A stretch of DNA of 55,232 nucleotides from Candidatus Sungiibacteriota bacterium (GTDB lineage Bacteria; Patescibacteriota; Minisyncoccia; Sungbacterales; HO2-52-23), in NCBI GenBank assembly GCA_016432465.1, contig CP066690.1, positions 1 to 55,232 on the forward strand, read 5' to 3'. The notes under the pieces are model-generated. The model searched no databases, was not told the DNA's origin, and worked only from the letters and a program-made list of their open reading frames with translations. Position numbers and translations under genes: made by a program. Shown one piece after another: positions 1 through 9,473 of this stretch; position 1 is the first letter of the stretch; every line of letters begins with the position of its first letter.

Positions 1-1
1 C

Positions 2-397
2 TCCTCAACATCTCCTATTATTATTGATTCCCTGACCGGCAGAATCACCACTACCTTTGGACTTGATTTAAATAACCAAGACATAATCAATGTTAAATCC
101 ATTCTTTCCTCCAATGGGAAATGGAGTATTGGGGAGGAGGGGAAGATCAAAGCGGTGGTGGTGGAGACAAATAAAGTTACTCTTGGCAAACTTGAGTTAC
201 AAAAAGATGACGGCACCCCATATTGTATAAGAATAAAAAGTGGCGCTCTTTTGGTAACTCCGGGAAGCTGTTCCAGCGATCCCACAAGCGCTACTCCTCC
301 GCCCCCTATTGCCCCGCCCCCCCCACCGGTGGAAGAAGAGTTGCCAACACAAAATAGTTCAAGCACTTCAACGTCTACCCCCAATGCGTCAACGTAA
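2..397 (+). CDS. C-terminal part of a protein truncated by the window start; Pro/Ser/Thr-rich tail
   Basis: Frame is open from nt 2 to the TAA at 395-397 (SSTSPIIIDSLTGRITTTFG...PPPPIAPPPPPVEEE); the ORF track only calls it from an internal GTG at 155. Confidence 0.6.
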   Translation, partial: SSTSPIIIDSLTGRITTTFGLDLNNQDIINVKSILSSNGKWSIGEEGKIKAVVVETNKVTLGKLELQKDDGTPYCIRIKSGALLVTPGSCSSDPTSATPPPPIAPPPPPVEEELPTQNSSSTSTSTPNAST

Positions 398-537
398 AAA
401 TTATAAGTCAGAAAAACGCACCTCCAAAAAGAAAAAACGCCGCTATCCCATTAGTGGCCGAAGTATCTTTGTCCTTAAAACAACCAAGTCGCGTACCGCC
501 TGACCCAATGATCCCAGTTTTATTTTGTATTTGTCTT

Positions 538-573
538 TTGTACACTTAAAAGCGATCGCTTTTAAGTGTACAA
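538..573. repeat. Perfect 36-bp palindrome downstream of the PaaX-like gene
   Basis: TTGTACACTTAAAAGCGA|TCGCTTTTAAGTGTACAA. Confidence 0.95.
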
Positions 574-586
574 GTGTCTAATTGAA

Positions 587-1141
587 TTATATTAACTGAA
601 ATATCTTTTTAAGATGTAGTTCATTGTCTAGTGCCTCAACGACCAGCTGCCTTACATATGGGCGTACGTGATAGAGTTCTATTATAAAATCAACCTCGTC
701 ACTACAGGGGTAAGGATGAATAAAGACACTCTTCTGAAGTTTATAGAAACCAAGCCTGCATAGTTGGTAACGCAATGAGCTACGCACTCCTTTACGGCTT
801 TCCGGTATATCAAAAATAACCACCCTCCATTTTTTGTCCCAAGAATTCGGCTTAGGAATTTCCATCTCACCCAGCTTAAAAGTTAGAGCTCGTCTCTTTC
901 CGTTTTCAGAAAGTGTTAGGGTAGTAGAGCCATCTTTGTTAGCCGTAGCTTGTACCAGTCGAGAATAATATAGTTTTTGAATTGCTCGTTTTAATGCGTG
1001 TTTATCTATTTCTTTCCACTCGCGTCCTATCATTTTTAAAATCTTAAAATATCGGTTAGGAGAACCGGAAAGTCCTAGAGCAAGTCCACCCAATAATAGC
1101 AATAGTACTTTTTGCTGAATTGTGCCTAAACCCCGCGACAT
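587..1141 (-). CDS. PaaX-like protein (N-terminal wHTH-like region plus Cas2-like/PaaX central domain)
   Basis: Motif WDKKWRVVIFDIPESRK...LCRLGFYKLQKSVFIHP is typical of PaaX central/Cas2-fold domains; 184 aa. Confidence 0.75.
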   Translation of the reverse strand: MSRGLGTIQQKVLLLLLGGLALGLSGSPNRYFKILKMIGREWKEIDKHALKRAIQKLYYSRLVQATANKDGSTTLTLSENGKRRALTFKLGEMEIPKPNSWDKKWRVVIFDIPESRKGVRSSLRYQLCRLGFYKLQKSVFIHPYPCSDEVDFIIELYHVRPYVRQLVVEALDNELHLKKIFQLI

Positions 1142-1159
1142 TTTTATTTACTTTTAAGT

Positions 1160-1191
1160 TTGTACACTTAAAAGCGATCGCTTTTAAGTGT
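1160..1191. repeat. Second copy of the palindrome, upstream of the PaaX-like start
   Basis: 32 nt identical to 538-569; perfect 28-bp palindromic core at 1164-1191. Confidence 0.95.
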
Positions 1192-1221
1192 GTAATGTGT
1201 AGAGCGTACCGAGAAAGATTG

Positions 1222-2349
1222 TTAAATCCCTTCTTTGCGTAGTTCTTGGAGTATATCTTTTAGGCGCTTGTTAATTTTCTTTGGAATTTCAACTTTAATT
1301 TCAATCAATAGATCCCCGCGACCGTAACCGGAAGATAGATACGCTCCCTTGCCGCGAATTTTAAGAATGTCTCCGGGCTGCGTGCCTTCCGGAATTTTCA
1401 GGCGTATAGCGCCATCAATAGTTTCAACTTCGGCCATATCCCCTAGTATTGCTTGAGAAAGTTTTATCGGAAGCTGCATTATAATATCATCACCCTGACG
1501 ACGAAATATTTTATGCGGCTCAATGTTGATTTTAATATAAAGGTCACCCGGAATTCCTCCGGTCGCCGACGCCTCTCCCTTGCCAGTAATTTTTAGAATT
1601 TCTCCTTCCCGCACTCCTTTGGGAATAAATACTTCGAGACGTTCAATGGTTTGTTCCACTCCCCTGCCGCGACACTCGCTGCAAGTTGTTTCCGGGCGCT
1701 TGCCCGATCCATTGCATTCTGGACAAGTACTTACTTGGGTGAAAGATCCAAGGAATGTGCGTTGAGTTTTTTGAATATTGCCTTTCCCGAGACAGGCGGG
1801 ACAGGATTTTAATTTGGCTCCGGGTTCTCCTCCGGAACCTTGACATCGTTTGCAACGCGAAAGTTTGGAGAGTTCAAGCTCCCGCTTGGCACCCATGATT
1901 GATTCTTCAAATGAGATGCGTTCCTCAACCTTAATATCTCGTCCCCTTCGTTCGCCGGTTCTGCGTTTTGTACCAACTGAGCCCATGCCAAAAAAGTCTT
2001 CAAAAACATCGGAAAAATCAAAGTCGGCAAAACCGCCCGCCCCCCCTTCACCAAAATCAAAACGAAAACCGCCGGGCCATTCCCCGCCAGAGGCGGGTCC
2101 GCCTCGGGCGGAAAATCCGAACCCTCCCTGCTGCCCCCCTGTAAATACTTGCCCAAACTGGTCGTACTGCGTACGCTTTTGGTCGTCAGAGAGCACCTGA
2201 TAGGCCTCATTTAGTTCTTTGAAACGGGCTTCGTCTCCCCCCTTATCAGGATGGTATTTATGGGCAAGCTCGCGGTACTTCTTTTTTATTTCGTCTTTTG
2301 TGGCGTTGCGTGCAACACCTAAGACTTTATAGTAGTCTTTGGGCATCAT
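1222..2349 (-). CDS. dnaJ: Chaperone DnaJ
   Basis: J-domain with HPD, G/F-rich region, four CxxCxGxG repeats. Confidence 0.98.
   Translation of the reverse strand: MMPKDYYKVLGVARNATKDEIKKKYRELAHKYHPDKGGDEARFKELNEAYQVLSDDQKRTQYDQFGQVFTGGQQGGFGFSARGGPASGGEWPGGFRFDFGEGGAGGFADFDFSDVFEDFFGMGSVGTKRRTGERRGRDIKVEERISFEESIMGAKRELELSKLSRCKRCQGSGGEPGAKLKSCPACLGKGNIQKTQRTFLGSFTQVSTCPECNGSGKRPETTCSECRGRGVEQTIERLEVFIPKGVREGEILKITGKGEASATGGIPGDLYIKINIEPHKIFRRQGDDIIMQLPIKLSQAILGDMAEVETIDGAIRLKIPEGTQPGDILKIRGKGAYLSSGYGRGDLLIEIKVEIPKKINKRLKDILQELRKEGI
2083..2112. repeat. Palindromic element (family A) in frame within dnaJ, encoding [10 protein letters not shown]
   Basis: Reverse complement is 29/30 identical to the intergenic copy at 35371-35400. 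Confidence 0.85.
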
Positions 2350-2410
2350 TTTTATCCCTCAAAATATATCAACATATATTGTTGAGGTTGTCGCGCCGGG
2401 CATAGAAACC

Positions 2411-3367
2411 TTAGAGAGTAAGCCGTTCTATAGCAACCTCTTGTTTTTCACTCTTTAGTATTTTACCAATGATCATAAGTTTTAACAATATCCAGGCGGC
2501 AAGCAGCGCTATGAAGTAAAGCGGCAGAGTGAGGGCTTTAAAAGCAAAAAAGAAAGTCAAAGTAGAGAGCGCGGGCAGATAGTAGCTCGCCGGGCCCAAG
2601 AGGCCCTGGATGCGCTCGCGCGCTGTTGACTGCAAGACATCAATTATTTTTTCGTCACCCTGAAGTTTGATTTTATATTGCGCAGCAAAAGTTTCTCGTT
2701 CTTTGGTTACGGCTTGTCTTAAAACTTCCGGGGTTATACGCGAAAAAGAAAGGCCTTGCTCTTCCAGCCCTTTTTTGACTAATTCCGTCAGAACTTCGTC
2801 AACCGTGGCCTCGGCCCTAAGAGGAATTCCGGTAATAGATTTCAATGATCCTGCAAGCAGTTTTACCGTAAATTCCAAAGCGGGCTTGGGCAGAAAAGAA
2901 GCCAGGGCCCTTTCTTCATTAAGATTTGAAAAATAATAAGTAGAAACTATAAGAGACGCAAGCGTAAAATATATGGGAATGCCGGAGCGGATTATTTTGG
3001 AAAGGCTAAAACCAAGAGACAGCGCAAACTCTTTTTGTGTGCGCCTGATGGCAATGACCATAAGAAAAAGGGCTAAGACCAACACCGCTAGTACTCCGCC
3101 AGTCGCCCTGACAAAAAAGAATGGGGCTAGAGTTGCTACGGTTGCTCCTGTATAAAGTAGCCGCGAATTTTTTATAAATATTGCTGAAAGGCCAAAAATC
3201 GCGGCTGTTAAGACAAGAAAGAAAAGTGGGGTAACTTGGGCTGATGTAACTTTAAAGTCTTTCTCCACAAAATCTGCGATAGCAAAACTCCAATACCAAA
3301 AAGTGACGATGCTCAAGACCGCCAGAACTGCAGCCAGGGTCAACTCTTTAGGATTGATTGTTTTCAT
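2411..3367 (-). CDS. Multi-pass membrane protein of unknown function inside the dnaK operon
   Basis: 318 aa with several hydrophobic segments; overlaps the dnaK 3' end by 20 nt. Confidence 0.8.
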   Translation of the reverse strand: MKTINPKELTLAAVLAVLSIVTFWYWSFAIADFVEKDFKVTSAQVTPLFFLVLTAAIFGLSAIFIKNSRLLYTGATVATLAPFFFVRATGGVLAVLVLALFLMVIAIRRTQKEFALSLGFSLSKIIRSGIPIYFTLASLIVSTYYFSNLNEERALASFLPKPALEFTVKLLAGSLKSITGIPLRAEATVDEVLTELVKKGLEEQGLSFSRITPEVLRQAVTKERETFAAQYKIKLQGDEKIIDVLQSTARERIQGLLGPASYYLPALSTLTFFFAFKALTLPLYFIALLAAWILLKLMIIGKILKSEKQEVAIERLTL

Positions 3368-5228
3368 TACCCTCCTTTTCTTCGTAATCGGCTTCTTTTA
3401 CGTTGTTACTGTCAGTTTTTTGATCAGTTTGTTTATATAATGTCTCGCCGATTTTCTGGAGCGAAGATGAAAGTTCTTGCGAATAGCGTTTAATGGCGTC
3501 TAAGTTATCGTTATCTTTAACCTCCCTGAGAGTCTTAATTTTGGCTTCAAGATCTTCTTTTGTATCCTTGGATATTTTATCTCCTGCGTCGCGCAAGGAC
3601 TTCTCGGAGGTATAGATAAGAGTGTCAGCGGTGTTGCGGGCATCAACAAGTTCTCGTTTTTGTTTATCCTCTTCGGCATGGAGTTCCGCGTCCTTTTTCA
3701 TTTTTTCAATGTCTTCTTTAGAAAGGGTGGCTGACGCTTCTATGCGGACCGATTGTTCTTTGCCGGTGGCTTTATCTTTGGCGCGGACCGAAAGAACTCC
3801 ATTGGCATCAATATCAAAAGTAACTTCAACTTGAGGCAGGCCGCGGGGCGAAGGCGGGATGCCGTCCAAAATAAAGCGGGCTAGGGTTTTGTTATCATGC
3901 GCCATCTCGCGTTCTCCTTGAAGCACGTGAATTTCCACCGAAGTTTGATTATCGGCAGCGGTTGAGAAAATTTGGGATTTGGCCGTAGGGACAGTGGTAT
4001 TCTTTTCAATAATTTTAGTCATTACTCCTCCCAAGGTCTCAATACCAAGAGAGAGCGGCGTAACATCAAGGAGCAGGACATCTTTTACTTCTCCCTGCAT
4101 AATGCCGGCCTGCACCGCAGCGCCGAGGGCCACAACCTCGTCCGGGTTGATGGTGCGATTGGGGTCTTTGCCAAAAAGTTTTTTCACCGCTTCAATAATG
4201 GCGGGCATGCGGGTCTGCCCCCCAACCAGAATTATCTCATCAATATCGTTTAATTTGAACTTGGAATCAGCTACCACTTGTTTGGTTATTTGCATGGAGC
4301 GGTCAATCATATCCTGTACCAGTTCTTCAAGTTTGGCGCGGGTAAATTTCATAACCAAATGTTTTGGTCCGGACTCATCAGAAGTAATAAAGGGAAGATT
4401 CAATTCGCTCTCCGGGGTTGTGGAGAGTTCGTGTTTGGACTTCTCGGCCGCTTCTTTAAGACGTTGCAGCGCCAATGTGTCTTTGGATAAATCAATTCCC
4501 TGCTCTTTTTTAAATTCGCTTACAATCCATTTAATAATTTTTTGGTCAAAATCGTCTCCTCCAAGATGCGTATCTCCCCCGACGGCCTTTACTTCAATCG
4601 TATCTTCGGTGACTTCCAGCACGGAGAGATCAAAAGTGCCGCCCCCAAAATCATAAACAACTATCTGCTCATTTTTCTTTTTATTGAAGCCGTATGCTAA
4701 GGCCGCGGCCGTGGGTTCGTTCAAAATCCGGCGCACTTTAAATCCTGCTATCTCGCCCGCGGCTTGTGTTGCTTTTCTTTGAGAGTCATCAAAATAAGCC
4801 GGTACGGTAATGACCGCTTCGGTGATTTTTTCTCCCAGTTTTTCCTCCGCGTCCTGTTTTAATTTTTGTAAAACCATGGCCGAAATTTCTTCCGGGCGAT
4901 GCCATTTTTCAGCCATTTTTATTTCCACTCCGCTGTTGGCCGACTCTTTTAACTCATAGGGCAGCCAATCTTTATCTCGCTTGACTTCAGAGTCGGTAAA
5001 TTTGCGGCCAATGAGCCGTTTTATGGAAAAAAGCGTATTCTTGGGATTGGTAACGGCCTGTCTTTTAGCCAGCAGCCCAACTAAGCGATCTCCGGATTTG
5101 GAAATCGCCACTATGGAAGGGGTCGTACGATTTCCTTCCTTATTTTCAATTATTTTTGGCTCCCCACCTTCTATCACAGCCATAGCGGAATTTGTGGTGC
5201 CAAGATCAATACCTAAGATTTTGGGCAT
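3348..5228 (-). CDS. dnaK: Chaperone DnaK (Hsp70)
   Basis: [17 protein letters not shown] and LVGGQTRMP motifs; 626 aa. Confidence 0.99.
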   Translation of the reverse strand: MPKILGIDLGTTNSAMAVIEGGEPKIIENKEGNRTTPSIVAISKSGDRLVGLLAKRQAVTNPKNTLFSIKRLIGRKFTDSEVKRDKDWLPYELKESANSGVEIKMAEKWHRPEEISAMVLQKLKQDAEEKLGEKITEAVITVPAYFDDSQRKATQAAGEIAGFKVRRILNEPTAAALAYGFNKKKNEQIVVYDFGGGTFDLSVLEVTEDTIEVKAVGGDTHLGGDDFDQKIIKWIVSEFKKEQGIDLSKDTLALQRLKEAAEKSKHELSTTPESELNLPFITSDESGPKHLVMKFTRAKLEELVQDMIDRSMQITKQVVADSKFKLNDIDEIILVGGQTRMPAIIEAVKKLFGKDPNRTINPDEVVALGAAVQAGIMQGEVKDVLLLDVTPLSLGIETLGGVMTKIIEKNTTVPTAKSQIFSTAADNQTSVEIHVLQGEREMAHDNKTLARFILDGIPPSPRGLPQVEVTFDIDANGVLSVRAKDKATGKEQSVRIEASATLSKEDIEKMKKDAELHAEEDKQKRELVDARNTADTLIYTSEKSLRDAGDKISKDTKEDLEAKIKTLREVKDNDNLDAIKRYSQELSSSLQKIGETLYKQTDQKTDSNNVKEADYEEKEGNENNQS

Positions 5229-5268
5229 AATAGTTTTAAGTTATAAGTTATAGTTTTTATTTTTTTGT

Positions 5269-5808
5269 TTAAGTTGATAGTCGCGTTTTTGAAAGACGGA
5301 CTCGTGCGGGACGAAGTACTCGCTCGCGGAGAAGATATCCTTTTTGAACCTCTTCCGCAATTTTACCCGGAGGAATACCCGACTCCAACTCTCCTATACT
5401 TTCATGTTCTGCCGGGTTAAAATCGTCCCCGATTTTCATATCCATTGTATCAAGTCCGCGCTTTTTTAAAACATCCAGCAGCTGCGAACGTATTAAAAGT
5501 ATTCCTTTTTCTGTTTCTGGCGGCAAACCGTGCGACATAGCAAGATCAAAACTATCCAGTACCGGCAGTATTTCTTGGATAAGCCCCGCCGTGACAAAGT
5601 GCGCCATATCTTCAAAACGTTTACCCTCCTCTTTGCGGTAATTGATATAGTCGGCTTTAGCGCGCTGCCAGCCCTCCAGATATTCTTTTTTTTCTGCCTC
5701 ACATTTTTTAAGTTCCGCCTTGATTTTTTTGAGTTTTTGTTGAAGTTCTGGGGTTTCACCCTCCTCATCCGGTATCAACTCTAACTCCTCGTTATTTTTT
5801 TCGTCCAT
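5269..5808 (-). CDS. grpE: Nucleotide exchange factor GrpE
   Basis: WQRAKADYINYRK, FNPAEHE, KGYLLRERVLRPARV; position in operon. Confidence 0.97.
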   Translation of the reverse strand: MDEKNNEELELIPDEEGETPELQQKLKKIKAELKKCEAEKKEYLEGWQRAKADYINYRKEEGKRFEDMAHFVTAGLIQEILPVLDSFDLAMSHGLPPETEKGILLIRSQLLDVLKKRGLDTMDMKIGDDFNPAEHESIGELESGIPPGKIAEEVQKGYLLRERVLRPARVRLSKTRLST

Positions 5809-6502
5809 GGCTTTTAAGATATTTAATCAACGACTTGTGTTTTGGGTAATTGGTGCGTGTGGGACCTATCATGGTTAAAAAACCACTGAAGCCTCGCGGA
5901 TGATGCCAGGAAGATAACAACATTGCGCAGGAGCGAGCTTCTACCATAGGATTTTCGGAGCCTATAAAGATAGTTTCGGGAAAGTCAATCTCGTCACCAA
6001 TAAACGCGGTAACTTCTTCCTCCACGGAATCTACAAGATAGCTGAATTTTTGCATCGTCTCCCGAGCCTGAAATTCTGGCTCTTCCAGAACCTCGGCAAA
6101 GCCGCTTTTAGAAAAAATGTGTTCTTCCGGGAGGCCGCCTACTGCAAATATGCCAGAAATTTGAGCGATGGCCCTCGTAACTTCCTGTAAAAATTCTCCT
6201 TGTTCGTTTATGGCAAAAACTTCGTCAACCCACTGACGCTCTTTTCTCTCCAATTCGTAATCCTGAAGCAAATTATCTACAAAAAAACGGTAGCCTTTAT
6301 CAGTAGGAACTCTTCCGGCCGATATGTGGGGCTGTTCCAAATAGCCCAAGTCATCCAAACGCATCATTTCATTTCTTATGGTGGCGGGGCTGGCTTTATG
6401 CTTTAGTTCATGCGTAAGTTCCCGTGAAGCAACTGGTCGCGCGGTTCTCAAATGTTCAAGAATCGTTGCTTCCAGTATGGTTTTTTGACGCTCTTTTAAC
6501 AT
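5792..6502 (-). CDS. hrcA: Heat-inducible transcription repressor HrcA (short form)
   Basis: SPATIRNEM, LEQPHISAGRVPTDKGYRFFVD, IGPTRTNY; adjacent CIRCE. Confidence 0.95.
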   Translation of the reverse strand: MLKERQKTILEATILEHLRTARPVASRELTHELKHKASPATIRNEMMRLDDLGYLEQPHISAGRVPTDKGYRFFVDNLLQDYELERKERQWVDEVFAINEQGEFLQEVTRAIAQISGIFAVGGLPEEHIFSKSGFAEVLEEPEFQARETMQKFSYLVDSVEEEVTAFIGDEIDFPETIFIGSENPMVEARSCAMLLSSWHHPRGFSGFLTMIGPTRTNYPKHKSLIKYLKSHGRKK

Positions 6503-6525
6503 TATAAGCTACAGTATAGTCCCTC

Positions 6526-6552
6526 TTAGCACTCTGTCAAGTAGAGTGCTAA
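6526..6552. promoter_or_regulatory. CIRCE operator (HrcA binding site)
   Basis: Perfect TTAGCACTC-N9-GAGTGCTAA; overlaps the minus-strand TTGACA (6535-6540) of the putative hrcA promoter. Confidence 0.97.
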
Positions 6553-6556
6553 ATGG

Positions 6557-6586
6557 TTGACAAAATACTCTAAGATGGAGTATAAT
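6557..6586 (+). promoter_or_regulatory. Sigma70-type promoter of the divergent gene
   Basis: TTGACA-N18-TATAAT. Confidence 0.7.
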
Positions 6587-6599
6587 TTACTCTGGGGTT

Positions 6600-7103
6600 A
6601 TGGTCCACGGGAGGATGCCAGCAATGAGACGGCTCCTTAGTATGCTGCTCTTGGTTGGAATAATCCTAAGTAATTCATTCCCGAACAGCGTTTATGCAAC
6701 AGAGGGGTCTTGGGTCCTGGTTGAAGTTACGCGTGGTATCCGTCACTTAGTAGCGGCGGTGGAGCCGCTGCAAATACAGCAGAAGCAGTATTGGCTGTGT
6801 GATGGTTCTGTGGGAGAAATCGCCTACTCAATAGCCATTGACAGGCCCTATGGAGAAACGTCGTCATATATCTACATTTCCACTACAATACTTAAACAAA
6901 AAGAGAGGTTGTTAGCGTCGGGCGTTCTGTTATCCTTAGATCTACCCAACAGCATGTTCATTGACGTGGGAGAAGGCCCCTTTACTTATATTAGAGTAAC
7001 TGTTTATCAAACCAAAACACAGCTTCAGGGCGCTATTGAAAGGCTTAAGACAATCGTCTTCAAGGACGTTGAGTCCCTTAGCTGTCAAAGTCGCAATTGG
7101 TAA
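6600..7103 (+). CDS. Hypothetical secreted protein
   Basis: 167 aa ORF with a signal-peptide-like N-terminus; bounded by a promoter and a terminator; exact start uncertain. Confidence 0.65.
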   Translation: MVHGRMPAMRRLLSMLLLVGIILSNSFPNSVYATEGSWVLVEVTRGIRHLVAAVEPLQIQQKQYWLCDGSVGEIAYSIAIDRPYGETSSYIYISTTILKQKERLLASGVLLSLDLPNSMFIDVGEGPFTYIRVTVYQTKTQLQGAIERLKTIVFKDVESLSCQSRNW

Positions 7104-7112
7104 CTAAAGACT

Positions 7113-7153
7113 AAAAAAAGACAGGCGCAACCCAAATGAGTGCGCCTTTTTTT
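7113..7153. terminator. Bidirectional intrinsic terminator
   Basis: A-tract, AGGCGCA...TGCGCCT stem, T-tract between convergent genes. Confidence 0.8.
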
Positions 7154-8471
7154 ATAGCCCGAACCGTGCAAAAATATCATCAACATGGCGTAGTTTGCTT
7201 TTAAGATCAAAGATTTTTTGTAATTCTCCAGTTTTTAATTCTGAAGGTATTCTCTCGTCTCCAAGAAGTACGGAAAGATAAGATTGGCCCTCGGTAACGG
7301 CCCTAAGAGCATCTTGTTGGCTTATGAGGTAGGCCGTCTCTGAGTTAAACCCAAAAGTTAGAAGCAAATCTCTAACCTCTGGTGAAAAAATTATTCCTTG
7401 AGTCAGGAGAAGGTTATTTGTGATTTTTTCTTGATTGACTTCAAGATCGGTAACTATTTCTTCCAGGGTCTTTAGCATATAATGTACTAGTTGAAAGGCA
7501 TCGGGCACGATGATTCTTTCTACGCTGGAATGGCTAATATCCCGTTCCCCCCAAGTCTTTATATGTTCCAGCATAATACCGGCATATCCGCGCACAACCG
7601 AGCTTAAACCGTCGAGCTGTTCCGAACGGATAGAGGCATTTCTTTTATGGGGCATACGCGATGAACCCTTTTGACCTTTTTGAAATACTTCTCGGAATTC
7701 CCCCACTTCGGTCTGGGCTAAAAGCCGGATATTCAAGAAAATATTCTCTAAGACCCCCGCCAAACTCGCTAAAGCGTTGAGTACATGGGCATGTCGATCA
7801 CGCAATATAATTTGTCTGGAGGTCCTCGCAGGAAAAAGATGGAGCAACCGTAAGGTCTGCCATTCCAATTCCGGAGCTAATCCACTGCCATAGATCCCTA
7901 CGGCCCCCGAAATTTTGGTATAAGCCATTTCATCGTAGGCCAGATGCAGAAACTTTTTCTGACGTATAAGATCATCGTACCAGCAAAGAAACTTAAGCCC
8001 AACCGTAATTGGTTCTGCGTGCTGGCCATGGGTTCTACCTATCATTGGGACAGCTTTATATAGGCGAGCTTTTTTTTCTAAAGCTTGGGCAACCTTTTCT
8101 ATACCCTCAAATATGATTTCAAACCCTCTGCGTACCAGGAGAGCCCTTGCCGAATCTTCTATATCATAACTGGTTAGGCCGTAGTGGAAATATTTTTGCA
8201 GTTCTTCTTCAAGGTGTTCAGAAACCGACTCTACAAACGCGATCAAGTCATGGCTGGTTCTTTTTTCGTACTCCTCTATTTTCCAAAGGGAAAAGACAGC
8301 TTGTTGTTTAATCCTTTTAAAGGTTCCGTCGGGGATGAGTTTGAGTTTCTCGCGCGCCTCAATTACTGCCAACTCAACAGTTAACCAAGCGGTAAACTTA
8401 TTTTGATCAGACCAAAGTGCAGTCATGGTGGGGATAGAATAGCGCGGAACCACCCTCGCCCCCTTATCCAC
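7152..8471 (-). CDS. purB: Adenylosuccinate lyase
   Basis: GRTHGQHAEP and GSSRMPHKRN signatures; true start may be a few codons downstream. Confidence 0.95.
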   Translation of the reverse strand: MDKGARVVPRYSIPTMTALWSDQNKFTAWLTVELAVIEAREKLKLIPDGTFKRIKQQAVFSLWKIEEYEKRTSHDLIAFVESVSEHLEEELQKYFHYGLTSYDIEDSARALLVRRGFEIIFEGIEKVAQALEKKARLYKAVPMIGRTHGQHAEPITVGLKFLCWYDDLIRQKKFLHLAYDEMAYTKISGAVGIYGSGLAPELEWQTLRLLHLFPARTSRQIILRDRHAHVLNALASLAGVLENIFLNIRLLAQTEVGEFREVFQKGQKGSSRMPHKRNASIRSEQLDGLSSVVRGYAGIMLEHIKTWGERDISHSSVERIIVPDAFQLVHYMLKTLEEIVTDLEVNQEKITNNLLLTQGIIFSPEVRDLLLTFGFNSETAYLISQQDALRAVTEGQSYLSVLLGDERIPSELKTGELQKIFDLKSKLRHVDDIFARFGL

Positions 8472-8537
8472 AACTAGACTTGGTGATTATAGAGTATATA
8501 ATTAAAAAGACAATAAGCGTAAAAATAACAGACTGTT

Positions 8538-9452
8538 ATGCTAAGAGAGCAAAAAATTAAAAATATCACGTGGGTTTCGGTGGTCCGGCCAATGGCAGAA
8601 GATATTAATGAACTGCGGTCGCGTTTTCCTCAAATCCACCCATTGGTTTTAGAAGAGCTGGAAACACTAACCATCAGACCGCGGGTGGAAAACTACGATC
8701 ACCATATTTACATGGTATTGCATTTCCCCAGCTTTATTGAGGAGCATAAAAAAACAGTCTCCTACGAGGTGGACTTTATTTTGATGGCTGATACCTTGAT
8801 CACCGTACAGTATGATGATATCCCAACCCTGGAAGGTTTTTGGCACGAATGTGAAGAGGAAAAAAATGCCGGGGATCAATACGGCAAAAGCCCCATACAC
8901 CTTCTCTATTATCTACTGCGGCAGTTTTTTGCCTTTTCCCTGCGGGAGCTTGATCAAATACAGGCGCACATTGACTCTATGGAAGAAAAAGTGTTTGCCG
9001 ACAGGGAGAAAGAAATCTTGGAGGACATATCTATTCTTAAAAGAAACGTTCTTGATTTCAGGCGGGCCGTAAAGCCTCAACATTTAACCTTGGAGTCTCT
9101 GGTATTGCAAGGGACGCAACTTTATGGAGAAAAGGTAAAACCCTTCCTCACAGATTTAGTCGGAGAATATCTGAAGGTGTGGAATCTTTTGGAAAACCAC
9201 AAAGAAACATTGGATGCGCTTTACGATACCAATAATTCTCTACTTGCCTCCAAAACCAATGAAATTATGCGGGTTTTCACTATCCTCGCTTTTATCAGTT
9301 TTATTCCGACAGCGATTGCCAATATCTACGGAATGAATATTGTGAGAATACCCCTCTCGGATCAGCCTAATGCTTTTTGGAATATCTTGGGTCTGATGAT
9401 TTTGACCACCGGTGCGGTATATGCCGTACTTAGATGGCGTAAGTTGGTTTGA
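8538..9452 (+). CDS. corA: CorA-family Mg2+/Co2+ transporter
   Basis: YGMN motif between two C-terminal TM helices. Confidence 0.93.
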   Translation: MLREQKIKNITWVSVVRPMAEDINELRSRFPQIHPLVLEELETLTIRPRVENYDHHIYMVLHFPSFIEEHKKTVSYEVDFILMADTLITVQYDDIPTLEGFWHECEEEKNAGDQYGKSPIHLLYYLLRQFFAFSLRELDQIQAHIDSMEEKVFADREKEILEDISILKRNVLDFRRAVKPQHLTLESLVLQGTQLYGEKVKPFLTDLVGEYLKVWNLLENHKETLDALYDTNNSLLASKTNEIMRVFTILAFISFIPTAIANIYGMNIVRIPLSDQPNAFWNILGLMILTTGAVYAVLRWRKLV

Positions 9453-9473
9453 GTTGAGCTCATATGTAAACAA

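Noticed and set aside
587-1141. Cas2 / CRISPR-Cas locus
   Set aside because: The Cas2-like motif is part of a PaaX-like protein; there is no cas1 and no repeat-spacer array in the window, and the flanking palindrome has only two copies
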